From a virus, in IMG/VR virus record IMGVR_UViG_3300034061_002899: a DNA stretch of 64,000 nt. One strand, given 5' to 3'. The notes below the pieces were generated by a model that saw only the letters and a list, made by a program, of their open reading frames with translations, made no database searches and was not told the origin of the DNA. This document shows positions 24,514 to 33,732 of the stretch, in pieces; the stretch's first letter is position 1, and each line of letters opens with the position of its first letter. Position numbers and translations under genes: made by a program.

Positions 24514-25431
24514 TTAATAATTACCCAATATTTCTAATTTCAATTGATCGGGCGTTCTGTCTACAGATTGCCTGTACGGCAATCCGTTATACTTTTTCTG
24601 CAAAAAAGATTCAAACTCACTTACAAGTAAATCAGTTTTTTCAAATCCTGTTTGTTTTTTTCTTTCTATCAGATCAGGGAACGCTTCCCTGTATCCTATA
24701 ATTTTAGTCGAGTTGAATCCCGTTTTACCGTAATATTTATCGTTCGTTATGTTGGTGAACCATTTAAGTTGAGTAAACGATATTACTAGTCCAGGAGTCC
24801 ATTTGAACCATTCAGCAATTCCAGGTCTATTAGTCTCACGTAAATACTTTGACCAACCTATATCATGCTCCCAACAACGTATAAGCCATGTACCCTCTAC
24901 GTTGTAATCATCATTTGTTCTAACACCGGTCAAATCGCTTGAACAAATAATAGGTAACCCTTCTACTAAATCTGCAAACTTACATTGCGGCAATGCTCTA
25001 GGTCTACATATTTGTGCCAACTCTGAGATTTTCTCTGCGTCATTTTCATAAAACTTCTGTAGATTAAAATCAACAATAGTATAATCTACATTTAACAATG
25101 AACAAATAGTAACAGCATAACTTACATCATATATGTTGTAATCATTCTCATACCTAATGATGTATACTTTAGGATTGGCGCCAATCTTTAAGTAGGATCT
25201 CAATACAATTTCACTATCTACTCCACCACTAAAAAGTATACTAGGACGTATGTTAGGATAATGCTCTAATGTACTTGCTGCCGCGTTTGTCATTTCTTTG
25301 CTAAAACTTGATACATACCCATTAAACTTTTCATAATGTGTTTGTAGCTTGTCATTATTTTGTTGTCTACCAAACTTTGAGCCATCACCATAGCTCCAGC
25401 TATACCAATTGTTTTCACTAGTAAAAATCAT
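24514..25431 (-). CDS. PP-loop (adenine nucleotide alpha-hydrolase-like) protein
   Basis: FSGGVDSE; R.KQTGFE; paralog of 3608-4519. Confidence 0.6.
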   Translation of the reverse strand: MIFTSENNWYSWSYGDGSKFGRQQNNDKLQTHYEKFNGYVSSFSKEMTNAAASTLEHYPNIRPSILFSGGVDSEIVLRSYLKIGANPKVYIIRYENDYNIYDVSYAVTICSLLNVDYTIVDFNLQKFYENDAEKISELAQICRPRALPQCKFADLVEGLPIICSSDLTGVRTNDDYNVEGTWLIRCWEHDIGWSKYLRETNRPGIAEWFKWTPGLVISFTQLKWFTNITNDKYYGKTGFNSTKIIGYREAFPDLIERKKQTGFEKTDLLVSEFESFLQKKYNGLPYRQSVDRTPDQLKLEILGNY

Positions 25432-26186
25432 TACGTTTTTATCAATTTAATAATAAGTCCCGCCGGATCAAACTCCCACCATTTTCTTCCTATTCGATAG
25501 TCACCGGGATATAAATGATGATTGTTATGCCAACCTTCACCAAATGTTAGTAAAGCCCACCACCAAACATTATGAGATTGATCTTTACTTTTATCAGCTT
25601 GTGTGCCAAATTTAGGATCATGATCGATCCAGTTACTCAATCTAGATGCTACTGTGTTTAAGAACATTGGAATCCAGAATAGATATACAGATAACAATGG
25701 ATCAATCATGTACAATACAAGTACAGTTGCTAACACTATTAGCATGTAGTATTCATGCATAAATCTGTGCACAGGATCATTAATGATATCTCTGACTTCC
25801 CACTTGTTAAACTTGCTTGTATAGTCTCCTATGATTGCCCCCATTGGGCCAAGTACAACAGGACTATGCGGGTCGCCGGGCTTGTCTGCAAATTTATGAT
25901 GAGTTCTATGTACAAAAACCCACCCCACAGAACTACCTGTACATCCCAGATTACCTAGATAACTGAAAAAATATTCTAAAGGCTTCGCTAACTTGTAGGA
26001 TTTATGAGTTAATAATCTATGAAATGTAACAGACACACCTAAGCATGTTATCAAAAAGTAACCAAATATTGCGGTAAGCCAATAACTCAATCCTGCAGGA
26101 TTAAAGATTGCCCACATTGTGACAATGCTAGCAATAATCTGCATTAATATAAAAAACCATTCTCTTGGATACAAATATTGTTTCAT
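25431..26186 (-). CDS. membrane acyl desaturase (delta-9-like)
   Basis: His boxes HRLLTH, HRTHH, GEGWHNNHH; DPHSP. Confidence 0.9.
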   Translation of the reverse strand: MKQYLYPREWFFILMQIIASIVTMWAIFNPAGLSYWLTAIFGYFLITCLGVSVTFHRLLTHKSYKLAKPLEYFFSYLGNLGCTGSSVGWVFVHRTHHKFADKPGDPHSPVVLGPMGAIIGDYTSKFNKWEVRDIINDPVHRFMHEYYMLIVLATVLVLYMIDPLLSVYLFWIPMFLNTVASRLSNWIDHDPKFGTQADKSKDQSHNVWWWALLTFGEGWHNNHHLYPGDYRIGRKWWEFDPAGLIIKLIKT

Positions 26187-26935
26187 TTTCTAATCATCCT
26201 AATAAGATATCCAGCAGGATCAATTTCCCACCATTTCATTTGCGTAGTCATAGAAGCAGGATTACCGTGATGATTGTTATGCCAAGCATCACCCATTATC
26301 AACGGCCACAACAATATGTTGTTACTACTGGTATCTTTTGTCTCGTAGTTTCTATAACCATATGTATGTGCAAAATAGTTAAAACTATTCTGGCTCATTT
26401 GTACTAAAAACACAGGTAGAACCCAAACGAAATACGCTACATCTAGACCAAATATAGCTAACACAGAAACGAATGCCAAGATTATAGCAAGATAGTAATC
26501 GTGTATAAAAATATGCTGTTTGTTCATCAAGTCCTTGACTAAGAATACATTCATCTTTCCTGCTGTAGCTTCTATGTGTTTGAAGTTAAACAATTTAAAT
26601 CCAATGTTGCCGGGACCGTGCGGGTCCTTTTCAGTGTCAGAGTGTGCGTGATGCAATCTATGAACATAAACCCATCCTAGGATACTGGCTCTACCAGATA
26701 GTATTGCAATCAATGTACATATCCATTTCATAAATATAAATCTAAATTCAAATGATTTATGTGCATAGTATCTGTGTAACGTTAATCCAACCCCTATAAC
26801 ACTATAAGCATAGAAACTGACTAATAGCAAAACAATGTTTGATAAAGTAAAGTCAAAATAAAACAATCCGGCAATTGACAATAATCCGGTAATCATTTGA
26901 ATTTTGGTAATTGTTTGGGCATTAGATGAAAACAT
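26183..26935 (-). CDS. membrane acyl desaturase (delta-9-like)
   Basis: HRYYAH, HRLHH, GDAWHNNHH. Confidence 0.9.
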   Translation of the reverse strand: MFSSNAQTITKIQMITGLLSIAGLFYFDFTLSNIVLLLVSFYAYSVIGVGLTLHRYYAHKSFEFRFIFMKWICTLIAILSGRASILGWVYVHRLHHAHSDTEKDPHGPGNIGFKLFNFKHIEATAGKMNVFLVKDLMNKQHIFIHDYYLAIILAFVSVLAIFGLDVAYFVWVLPVFLVQMSQNSFNYFAHTYGYRNYETKDTSSNNILLWPLIMGDAWHNNHHGNPASMTTQMKWWEIDPAGYLIRMIRK

Positions 26936-26958
26936 ATAAATATTTATCTTATACGAAT

Positions 26959-27564
26959 ATGTTCATGCAAATAAAGACCTATAACTCACTAGAGGACAAA
27001 CAACAGTTTCTTACTTTTTGTAAGGAACAATCATTGTTAGATGACAACCAATCATCAGCAAACATGTGGAGTGACGATGTGAATAATCATCATACTCTTC
27101 CCTACATACTAGAGAATACTAACAGGTTTGATGGGATAAATGGCGAGTTTTTTGTCTTATTTGACGGTGATAAAATAGCCGGGTGCGGTGGGGTTTATCT
27201 AAGTGATTTCAACAAACACATTGCTTTGGCAGGTGTTAGAACTTGGGTAAGCCAAGATTATCGTCATTTATCGCTACACAGAGACTATCTATTAATAGAG
27301 CATAAAAAATGGTGTATAGAAAGACACGTTAAATTGATAGCACTATCATTCAATGATTACAACAAAAATATCATAGAAATTTTTAAACGAAATCGATTGG
27401 GTGAGAAGAACAATAGAATCAATAACAGAGAACCAAAGCATATGTTCTACGCTGGAATAGGAGAAGTTGAATTTCCTGTAATGATCCAATACACTCCTCA
27501 ATGGGTTATATATGAAAATCTTGACAAAGATTTTTTATTTGATTGGACTACTATCAAATGTTAA
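26959..27564 (+). CDS. hypothetical protein, GNAT-like
   Basis: IAGCGGV...GVRTWVSQDYR. Confidence 0.45.
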   Translation: MFMQIKTYNSLEDKQQFLTFCKEQSLLDDNQSSANMWSDDVNNHHTLPYILENTNRFDGINGEFFVLFDGDKIAGCGGVYLSDFNKHIALAGVRTWVSQDYRHLSLHRDYLLIEHKKWCIERHVKLIALSFNDYNKNIIEIFKRNRLGEKNNRINNREPKHMFYAGIGEVEFPVMIQYTPQWVIYENLDKDFLFDWTTIKC

Positions 27565-28052
27565 ACGACTATTTTTTAAATTTAAATTACTCACCTAAAC
27601 ACCTGCTATCTATAATGTATGATGAAGCCTCACGTTCTGATAATTATTACTTAAGTCCGGTTAATGTGTTAAGATGTGATGTTAGTACATATTTGAGTAC
27701 AGAATTATCTAAAGTTATAAATGCACCGTTTACGTGTTGTGGTTTTTTAAAAACGTTACCATTAACTGTATATCCTACTCATACTGATAAGTTTAGAATT
27801 GCAGCCATTAATATGCCTTTATTTGAAGAAACACCAGGATTTGATTCTAGTATGTTTACTGGAAAAAAGATGGAAGCAATTGTATACAAAACAAATTATT
27901 TTACTATGTTGAATGTGACTAAACCGCATTATGTAAGAAATGAAAATCCTGATAGTGAACGTATAATGTTATCTATTGGATTTAAAAATAATAGATACAA
28001 TGATTTAAAAGAAATGCATCATAAAAAGGAATTAATTAATGATACATTATAA
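27558..28052 (+). CDS. 2OG-Fe(II) oxygenase-like protein
   Basis: HTD...AINMP...PHYVRN...R. Confidence 0.5.
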   Translation: MLNDYFLNLNYSPKHLLSIMYDEASRSDNYYLSPVNVLRCDVSTYLSTELSKVINAPFTCCGFLKTLPLTVYPTHTDKFRIAAINMPLFEETPGFDSSMFTGKKMEAIVYKTNYFTMLNVTKPHYVRNENPDSERIMLSIGFKNNRYNDLKEMHHKKELINDTL

Positions 28053-28608
28053 AAAATTAAATGTTGATAATTTTGAAACAATGCGGCTTGAATTAGAAGC
28101 GGCAACTATTGATAAAGTAAACGCAAATATAAGATTTTGGGGAGAAGAATATTCATGGTTTAAAAATCATAGTCCTACTTTTTATAACTTTATTGAAAGT
28201 AGAAAAAAAGTCCCTATCAGAATGTGTAGATTTTACCTAACTCCTGCATATGATTTTTTAGAACCACATGCAGACGGAACGTCAAATTGGAGATCGCCGA
28301 TTGGATTAAATATACCTATTAGTGGATATCAAAATACTACTATGGATTGGTATAGTTGCCCTGATGACAACTTTGATAACGGTCATTTAGGTTTTAACAA
28401 AACAACCGCTAGTAAAGTTATAGATTTTACTAAGTTAGTAAAAATAGATACAACTGTAATCGACTGCCCTACATTTGTCAGGACAGATGTAGTACATGGT
28501 ATAGTAAATGATAAACCTACACGTAGATTGGTATTAAGTTTAAGATTTCCATATTCGTATAAGTTTGGTCAAAACTTTGAGGATGTTATGAACATAACAG
28601 ACCTATAA
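28039..28608 (+). CDS. 2OG-Fe(II) oxygenase-like protein
   Basis: PHADG...LNIPI...VHGIVN...RLVLSLRF. Confidence 0.5.
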   Translation: MIHYKKLNVDNFETMRLELEAATIDKVNANIRFWGEEYSWFKNHSPTFYNFIESRKKVPIRMCRFYLTPAYDFLEPHADGTSNWRSPIGLNIPISGYQNTTMDWYSCPDDNFDNGHLGFNKTTASKVIDFTKLVKIDTTVIDCPTFVRTDVVHGIVNDKPTRRLVLSLRFPYSYKFGQNFEDVMNITDL

Positions 28609-28644
28609 CCACTTCTATGTTATATATTCAATAAAAAGTGTAAA

Positions 28645-28947
28645 CTATTCTTCGGCGGTGGTTAAGCCATTACTGTGTTTGTCTGTTATTTTTTCAGTAT
28701 CTTGGAACAAGCGTTTCTCTTGTGCTGTGAGTCTGTCTTTGTGAGTTTTGCGCGGATTACCACATAGATAGCAATCAGGATTACCGCAATCCATAACATG
28801 ATGTTTCACTAGACGATGAGGTTCTTTGATTGCTTTGTCATTAAAACCTAAACCATGTGTTTTAGCAATTCGTACTTGTCGAGCAATTGCTACATCATTT
28901 TTATGACGCCGGCGGCTATTTATGTATTTTGCGGTTTCGTTACTCAT
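28645..28947 (-). CDS. hypothetical protein with CxxxxCxxC motif
   Basis: DCGNPDCYLCGNPRK; ATGA overlap with the upstream gene. Confidence 0.55.
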   Translation of the reverse strand: MSNETAKYINSRRRHKNDVAIARQVRIAKTHGLGFNDKAIKEPHRLVKHHVMDCGNPDCYLCGNPRKTHKDRLTAQEKRLFQDTEKITDKHSNGLTTAEE

Positions 28948-29609
28948 GAAGGGTCCATAAAAGTGTCTATGCAATATTGAGTTTTAGTTCTCCAATGAAT
29001 TACTGATTCAACGGAAAAGTTAACATAATTAATGCTAGTAAATGTACTTAGTTTTGCAATTAGATCATCAATATTTTCTTTAAACAATTCTTTCCAAGAC
29101 ACAAACAATACATTTGGCATATTTTCAATTTTTTTAAATTTTTCGTTAAACGTATATCTCGGTAATATAGCCGCTACGTTTACCGAATGATTTATATTTA
29201 ATTTTGTTTTTCTCGCATCAACTCTATTTTTTCCATAAAACGCGGCAGATATCTCCGGTATATCATCAAGATCATATGTAATTCTTATTGATTTTTTAAA
29301 AGCAGAATTAATTAAAGCAATGTCAACCAGATGTACGGGTGTATAGTATGGTTTTTCTAAGTATGGTTTTTCTACTTTAGCTAAGTTTGCCTTATTAAGT
29401 ATATAATCAATTTTTAGATGGTCAGGCACTACTACACCATACGGCGATCCACCAATATCTTTTAAAGAATGGACATGAGCGTTTCCATATTTAGAAAGTT
29501 CAATAATATCTTGTATGTTTCTCTTAGCACTAATTATTAAATGGCATAAAAAATTTCCGCCAGTTCCCCCCATAAAAGTTACAGGGATAATGTCCTCAGT
29601 AGGCATCAT
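28944..29609 (-). CDS. hypothetical protein, P-loop/sulfotransferase-like
   Basis: MGGTGGNFL motif, paralogous to 22230-23237. Confidence 0.4.
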   Translation of the reverse strand: MMPTEDIIPVTFMGGTGGNFLCHLIISAKRNIQDIIELSKYGNAHVHSLKDIGGSPYGVVVPDHLKIDYILNKANLAKVEKPYLEKPYYTPVHLVDIALINSAFKKSIRITYDLDDIPEISAAFYGKNRVDARKTKLNINHSVNVAAILPRYTFNEKFKKIENMPNVLFVSWKELFKENIDDLIAKLSTFTSINYVNFSVESVIHWRTKTQYCIDTFMDPS

Positions 29610-29994
29610 GTCTCTTTTTGTAATCTTCTACTGCGGCTTTGATGGCGTCTTCGGCGAGGATGCTACAGTGGATTTTGACTGGGGGTAATGCTAGTTCTTC
29701 GGCAATTTGGGAGTTTTTGAGTTGTGCGGCTTCATCAAGGGTTTTTCCTTTGACCCATTCTGTAACGAGGCTCGAACTCGCAATAGCCGATCCGCAGCCA
29801 TACGTTTTAAATTTTGCATCTGTAATAATACCTGTATCATTGTCAACCTTTATTTGTAGTTTCATTACATCACCTAACTAACCACACGCCGGGGCTCCTA
29901 CCATACCAGTCCCAACGTGCGTGTCCTCCTTATCAAAGGTTCCCGCATTGCGGGGGTTATTATAGTGATCCAACACTTTATCTGAATATGCCAT
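29596..29994 (-). CDS. iscU: Fe-S cluster scaffold IscU with in-frame TAG inside a 9-nt insertion
   Basis: MAYSDKVLDHYNNPRNAG...GAPACG*LGDVMKLQI...YGCGSAIASSS...LPPVKIHCS. Confidence 0.85.
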
Positions 29995-30583
29995 TATAGT
30001 TCTCCAATATATTATTAACTATTTCCTCAGATTGAAATGTATCCCATTTCTTTCTGTTTTCCTCACCTGTTATAAATCTTAAATTACATAGATGCCCTAT
30101 AATCATAGGATCAATTTTAAGTTCATATCCTTGTTTAAAGGGTATTATATGATCTACTTGAATATCTGTTTTCTTTTTTCCAGTCACTGGCATTAAATTT
30201 TGTTTTATAAGTCTATATAGAGTACGACGGGTTGCTTTCCTGCATTCTCTCTTGTATTTAACAAATTCATCATTTATTTGATTTTTCGGTCGTATATTGT
30301 TTAATTTGCCTTCCCAATTTGGATTTGAAAGACCGGTCCATTTTTCTTTTTGTACTTGATTTGGCACACCCTTATTCCATCCATGTCCTTTTTTAAGACC
30401 TTCTGTATTTAATTTAGACTTTTGGTCAGGTGTCATTTGTATACCTTTATTCCAAGGTATATTACCTTTACGATTTATGGGATTCTTACAGGGAGTTGAA
30501 CAGTACTCTAAAAATCTAGGTTTTGTCACAAACTCAGAGCTACAATGTATACACTGTATTAATAAGCCATATTTCGTTTTCAT
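29978..30583 (-). CDS. HNH-type homing endonuclease
   Basis: PWNKG/GWNKG repeats; QVDHIIP...NLRFITGEENRKK; overlaps the iscU start. Confidence 0.75.
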   Translation of the reverse strand: MKTKYGLLIQCIHCSSEFVTKPRFLEYCSTPCKNPINRKGNIPWNKGIQMTPDQKSKLNTEGLKKGHGWNKGVPNQVQKEKWTGLSNPNWEGKLNNIRPKNQINDEFVKYKRECRKATRRTLYRLIKQNLMPVTGKKKTDIQVDHIIPFKQGYELKIDPMIIGHLCNLRFITGEENRKKWDTFQSEEIVNNILENYNGIFR

Positions 30584-30640
30584 ATAACTATTTATCTCGG
30601 TGCACCCGTTTGTGAGATTTAGATGTTATATTTAGTAAGT

Positions 30641-31204
30641 TTAAAAGTTATCGTTTGTATCGGTTACAATCCAACCTAATTTTAATAGGTCAGCACGAAT
30701 TTCGTCAGTGACTACACTTTCGGCTACAAAGGATTTTCCTACTAGGTATGCTTGTTGTTGTTCTTTAGTTAGTTGACGAAACTGGTCATCGTCTAGTTCA
30801 TTTGCATCCCGTATGCCACTACAGTACCAGTCAATGTAATCACCCTCTCCACGCATATCTGCCACAATACCGCCGGCGCTTCTCCAACTGGCGCACCAAC
30901 GTTTTTCAGTTAGTATAGGAATAACATCATTTCTAGTAAAGTCATTGTTACATATAGCGGCATATAAGTGTTGTGCATACACTTCATCACCTTTTACTTT
31001 ATCAACAATCCACTGAGTAGAACGTAGGTCATATTCCATGTTGTCTATTTTCCACTCATTAGTTTCTTCAAGTTCTAATCTTTGTTGTTGCCAAGACTTG
31101 AACATTTCAATATATTCAGGATTAGGCAACTTACCTTCTTCTTCGCACCGTTTAATATAACCTTCTTTCTGGAAGGTATTCCGATCAGGGCTTTTACTTA
31201 TCAT
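30641..31204 (-). CDS. hypothetical phage protein
   Basis: YAQHLYAAICNN...SWRSAGGIVAD...YIDWYCSG. Confidence 0.65.
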   Translation of the reverse strand: MISKSPDRNTFQKEGYIKRCEEEGKLPNPEYIEMFKSWQQQRLELEETNEWKIDNMEYDLRSTQWIVDKVKGDEVYAQHLYAAICNNDFTRNDVIPILTEKRWCASWRSAGGIVADMRGEGDYIDWYCSGIRDANELDDDQFRQLTKEQQQAYLVGKSFVAESVVTDEIRADLLKLGWIVTDTNDNF

Positions 31205-31670
31205 CCTCTACCTCTATCCATGTGTGATCTCCTAACCATTTAACTCTTGCTAAGTATTCATATTCTTCTGGCTTACCTGTACACCAATCGATTGGGCCAT
31301 TGATACTCAATCTAGTAAACTGTTTTCTATGGTCGTATAACAACCAATATATTTGTCCATTGAATAATTGAAAATCATATTTAGCGGCATGAACCATATC
31401 AGTCAAGTCTAATCTATGTTTGATTTGTTCTGCTTGCTTTTGTAAAACAGTTACTAGTTCCATGATTCTATCATACTCTTGCTTGGCATGCAACCTTGCA
31501 ACGTTAAGCATTATGTCTTTATGCTTTTCAACTGGAACTAAATCAAATTTAGGACCTGAACTTTCAGTAGCATATGGTGTAACATTTCGATTAAAGAAAT
31601 GAATTAATGAACCGGAACTAGTAGAATCATAACTACTAACACCATTTGCTGAGTTTAATTTATCGGTCAT
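31194..31670 (-). CDS. DUF2452-like protein
   Basis: AKYDFQ...GQIYWL...LSINGP..W...DHTW. Confidence 0.55.
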   Translation of the reverse strand: MTDKLNSANGVSSYDSTSSGSLIHFFNRNVTPYATESSGPKFDLVPVEKHKDIMLNVARLHAKQEYDRIMELVTVLQKQAEQIKHRLDLTDMVHAAKYDFQLFNGQIYWLLYDHRKQFTRLSINGPIDWCTGKPEEYEYLARVKWLGDHTWIEVEDDK

Positions 31671-32220
31671 TAACAGATTCTTTGGGTTTTTTAGCTTTAC
31701 TATAAAACACGTGACCACCTATTGTAGCAACTTTCTTATAGGGCCACATTGGGTCTATATTAATTGAATGAAAAAATAATGTTGATTTTGGTACTACATC
31801 TTTATGCATACCCAAATACATAACCTCATATGCAATTTGCTCTGCTACTTTATATCTATAACTATTTTTATTGGGCTCACTTTTACCTTCACAAACCCAG
31901 CTAAATTGACAAACAATTCTATCTTGTACCGTTATCTTTTGATAAACCACATTACAGGGATTATTTGCAAAACCGTGATTCACTCTATTCATTACAACTA
32001 CAGCAACGGCGGCTTGACCCTTGATTGATTCGCCACCTGCTTCATAGAATATATTTTTAGCCATACAAGCTAATTGTTTTGCATCAATTTTAGTTACGGG
32101 GTTAGTACCATTAAAAGTTATATTGGGCATAGCAGTACCCAATGGGCTTATGGTAAGTATACTTGCCCATAACAATAGTGCGGTTAATAATAGTTTAACG
32201 TTTTTTGAAAAGGTTAACAT
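31660..32220 (-). CDS. SleB-like cell wall hydrolase
   Basis: CMAKNIFYEAGGE...AVAVVVMNRV...CQFSWVC...IGGHVFY. Confidence 0.9.
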   Translation of the reverse strand: MLTFSKNVKLLLTALLLWASILTISPLGTAMPNITFNGTNPVTKIDAKQLACMAKNIFYEAGGESIKGQAAVAVVVMNRVNHGFANNPCNVVYQKITVQDRIVCQFSWVCEGKSEPNKNSYRYKVAEQIAYEVMYLGMHKDVVPKSTLFFHSINIDPMWPYKKVATIGGHVFYSKAKKPKESVNDR

Positions 32221-32279
32221 ATAGTTCTTTCTCCCATATTGTAACACAGGAACAAAATAAATTCAAGTGTTTTTGGTTA

Positions 32280-33731
32280 TTACAACCAGCAATCACAGTT
32301 ACAGTCGATAACTTGTTCGATTGCTTCCGGTACCGAGTATTGTGCCGGTAACAATACATCCGATGTGAAAAGTGTGTTTAACTGTGGTGGTATTAAAGTT
32401 TGATAAGGTGACTTTGCTAAACTGCCTGGCACTTTTGGGCCACCTGTATCTACTGGTACAAACGGACTGCCTGTTAACGGACTGCCTATAGTGCTACCAA
32501 TATTGCTACCAATAGTACCTGGCAATAACGGGCTACCAATAGTACCTGGCACTATTGGATTGCCAGTAATGCCGGGTGAATTAGATACATAATAATTTTG
32601 ATCAACAGGATCATAATAACCCGCAGGTAAAGTATTATTCGGGAATGCAGGCACTGAATTAGCAAGAACACCGTTACCTATCCATTCTTTTTGTTCTTCA
32701 ATGAAGTCTGGTATATTGTCATCTAATGATACACCAACATAATCTAATCTATCTTGATTTCTAGCTTGACGCATTGCACCTATAATACTTTGACCAGCAA
32801 CAAATGTTAAATCTGATATTGCTTCAAGTGTTTGAGCTGCCATATGCGGTTGTGTTTGTTTACCGTATAAAGGTAATGAGTCCACAAATGAATATATAGT
32901 TATTGGGAATTTATTTATATAAGGGTCTCTAGGATCAGGCAAAGGAGATAGACCTGTATTTCTAGCACGTTGTTCATTTCCTAATTGTACAGCAAATGTA
33001 TTATATAAATCATTTAAATCTACTGATGCGCCTGGACGTAGAGTGCGTATGGATGCAATTTCATCATTTGCTAACTCAATTTGTGCTTGTATTGCGGCGT
33101 CTAATCCAGGATTAGAACCTTGCGTAGCATTATATAAATTTTCATATATAGTGACTAGTGCAGGAGTTTGTAAATCTGTAATTGCTGTTTGTAATTGTGG
33201 CCAATTATATGGCAATCCAGACATACATCCATAAAAATCAGAATATGTAAATGTTTTATATGGTCCTGTACCTAATGCTACTAATTCATATGCTGCCTGA
33301 GCTTCTGATACATCAGTAGGAACATTCGTACCATTGATTAAATCAAGACCCTGTATTGTTTCCATACTTGCAACTACTTGTGCAAATTTTTCTATAGGTA
33401 TTTGTGTAATGTTTTTTACTTGTTGCATTGACGCGCCAAATGCGCCTGCTGTTACAGCTATGTCGTTTGGTAAAATATCTGCTAGATATGATCCGAAACC
33501 TTCTGCTAAAACTTGATCGGTGATAACTATAGTATCAGATAATTTTAATGCTGATTCAACTACGGCTACGGGTATTGAAGCTGGTATTCCAACTAGTTCA
33601 GCATCAAAATATCCTGCAGGGGGAGAGATGGCACTTCCGGTACCGGCACCATCATTTTCTAAAGCCTGTAGGATGCCTCCTCCTCCATCAGTTTGGATGA
33701 AGCGAAAGCTCTCAAAACGTATGCCCGCCAT
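32280..33731 (-). CDS. putative virion/baseplate-region protein (possible C-terminal half of a split gene)
   Basis: 483 aa, acidic, ends CNCDCW; located near PAAR and SleB genes. Confidence 0.55.
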   Translation of the reverse strand: MAGIRFESFRFIQTDGGGGILQALENDGAGTGSAISPPAGYFDAELVGIPASIPVAVVESALKLSDTIVITDQVLAEGFGSYLADILPNDIAVTAGAFGASMQQVKNITQIPIEKFAQVVASMETIQGLDLINGTNVPTDVSEAQAAYELVALGTGPYKTFTYSDFYGCMSGLPYNWPQLQTAITDLQTPALVTIYENLYNATQGSNPGLDAAIQAQIELANDEIASIRTLRPGASVDLNDLYNTFAVQLGNEQRARNTGLSPLPDPRDPYINKFPITIYSFVDSLPLYGKQTQPHMAAQTLEAISDLTFVAGQSIIGAMRQARNQDRLDYVGVSLDDNIPDFIEEQKEWIGNGVLANSVPAFPNNTLPAGYYDPVDQNYYVSNSPGITGNPIVPGTIGSPLLPGTIGSNIGSTIGSPLTGSPFVPVDTGGPKVPGSLAKSPYQTLIPPQLNTLFTSDVLLPAQYSVPEAIEQVIDCNCDCWL

Positions 33732-33732
33732 G

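Noticed and set aside
29878-29880. Genome-wide TAG reassignment as the explanation for the iscU stop
   Set aside because: TAG ends other genes normally (e.g. 6728, 18515), long genes are intact under code 11, and no CUA-anticodon tRNA is in the window.
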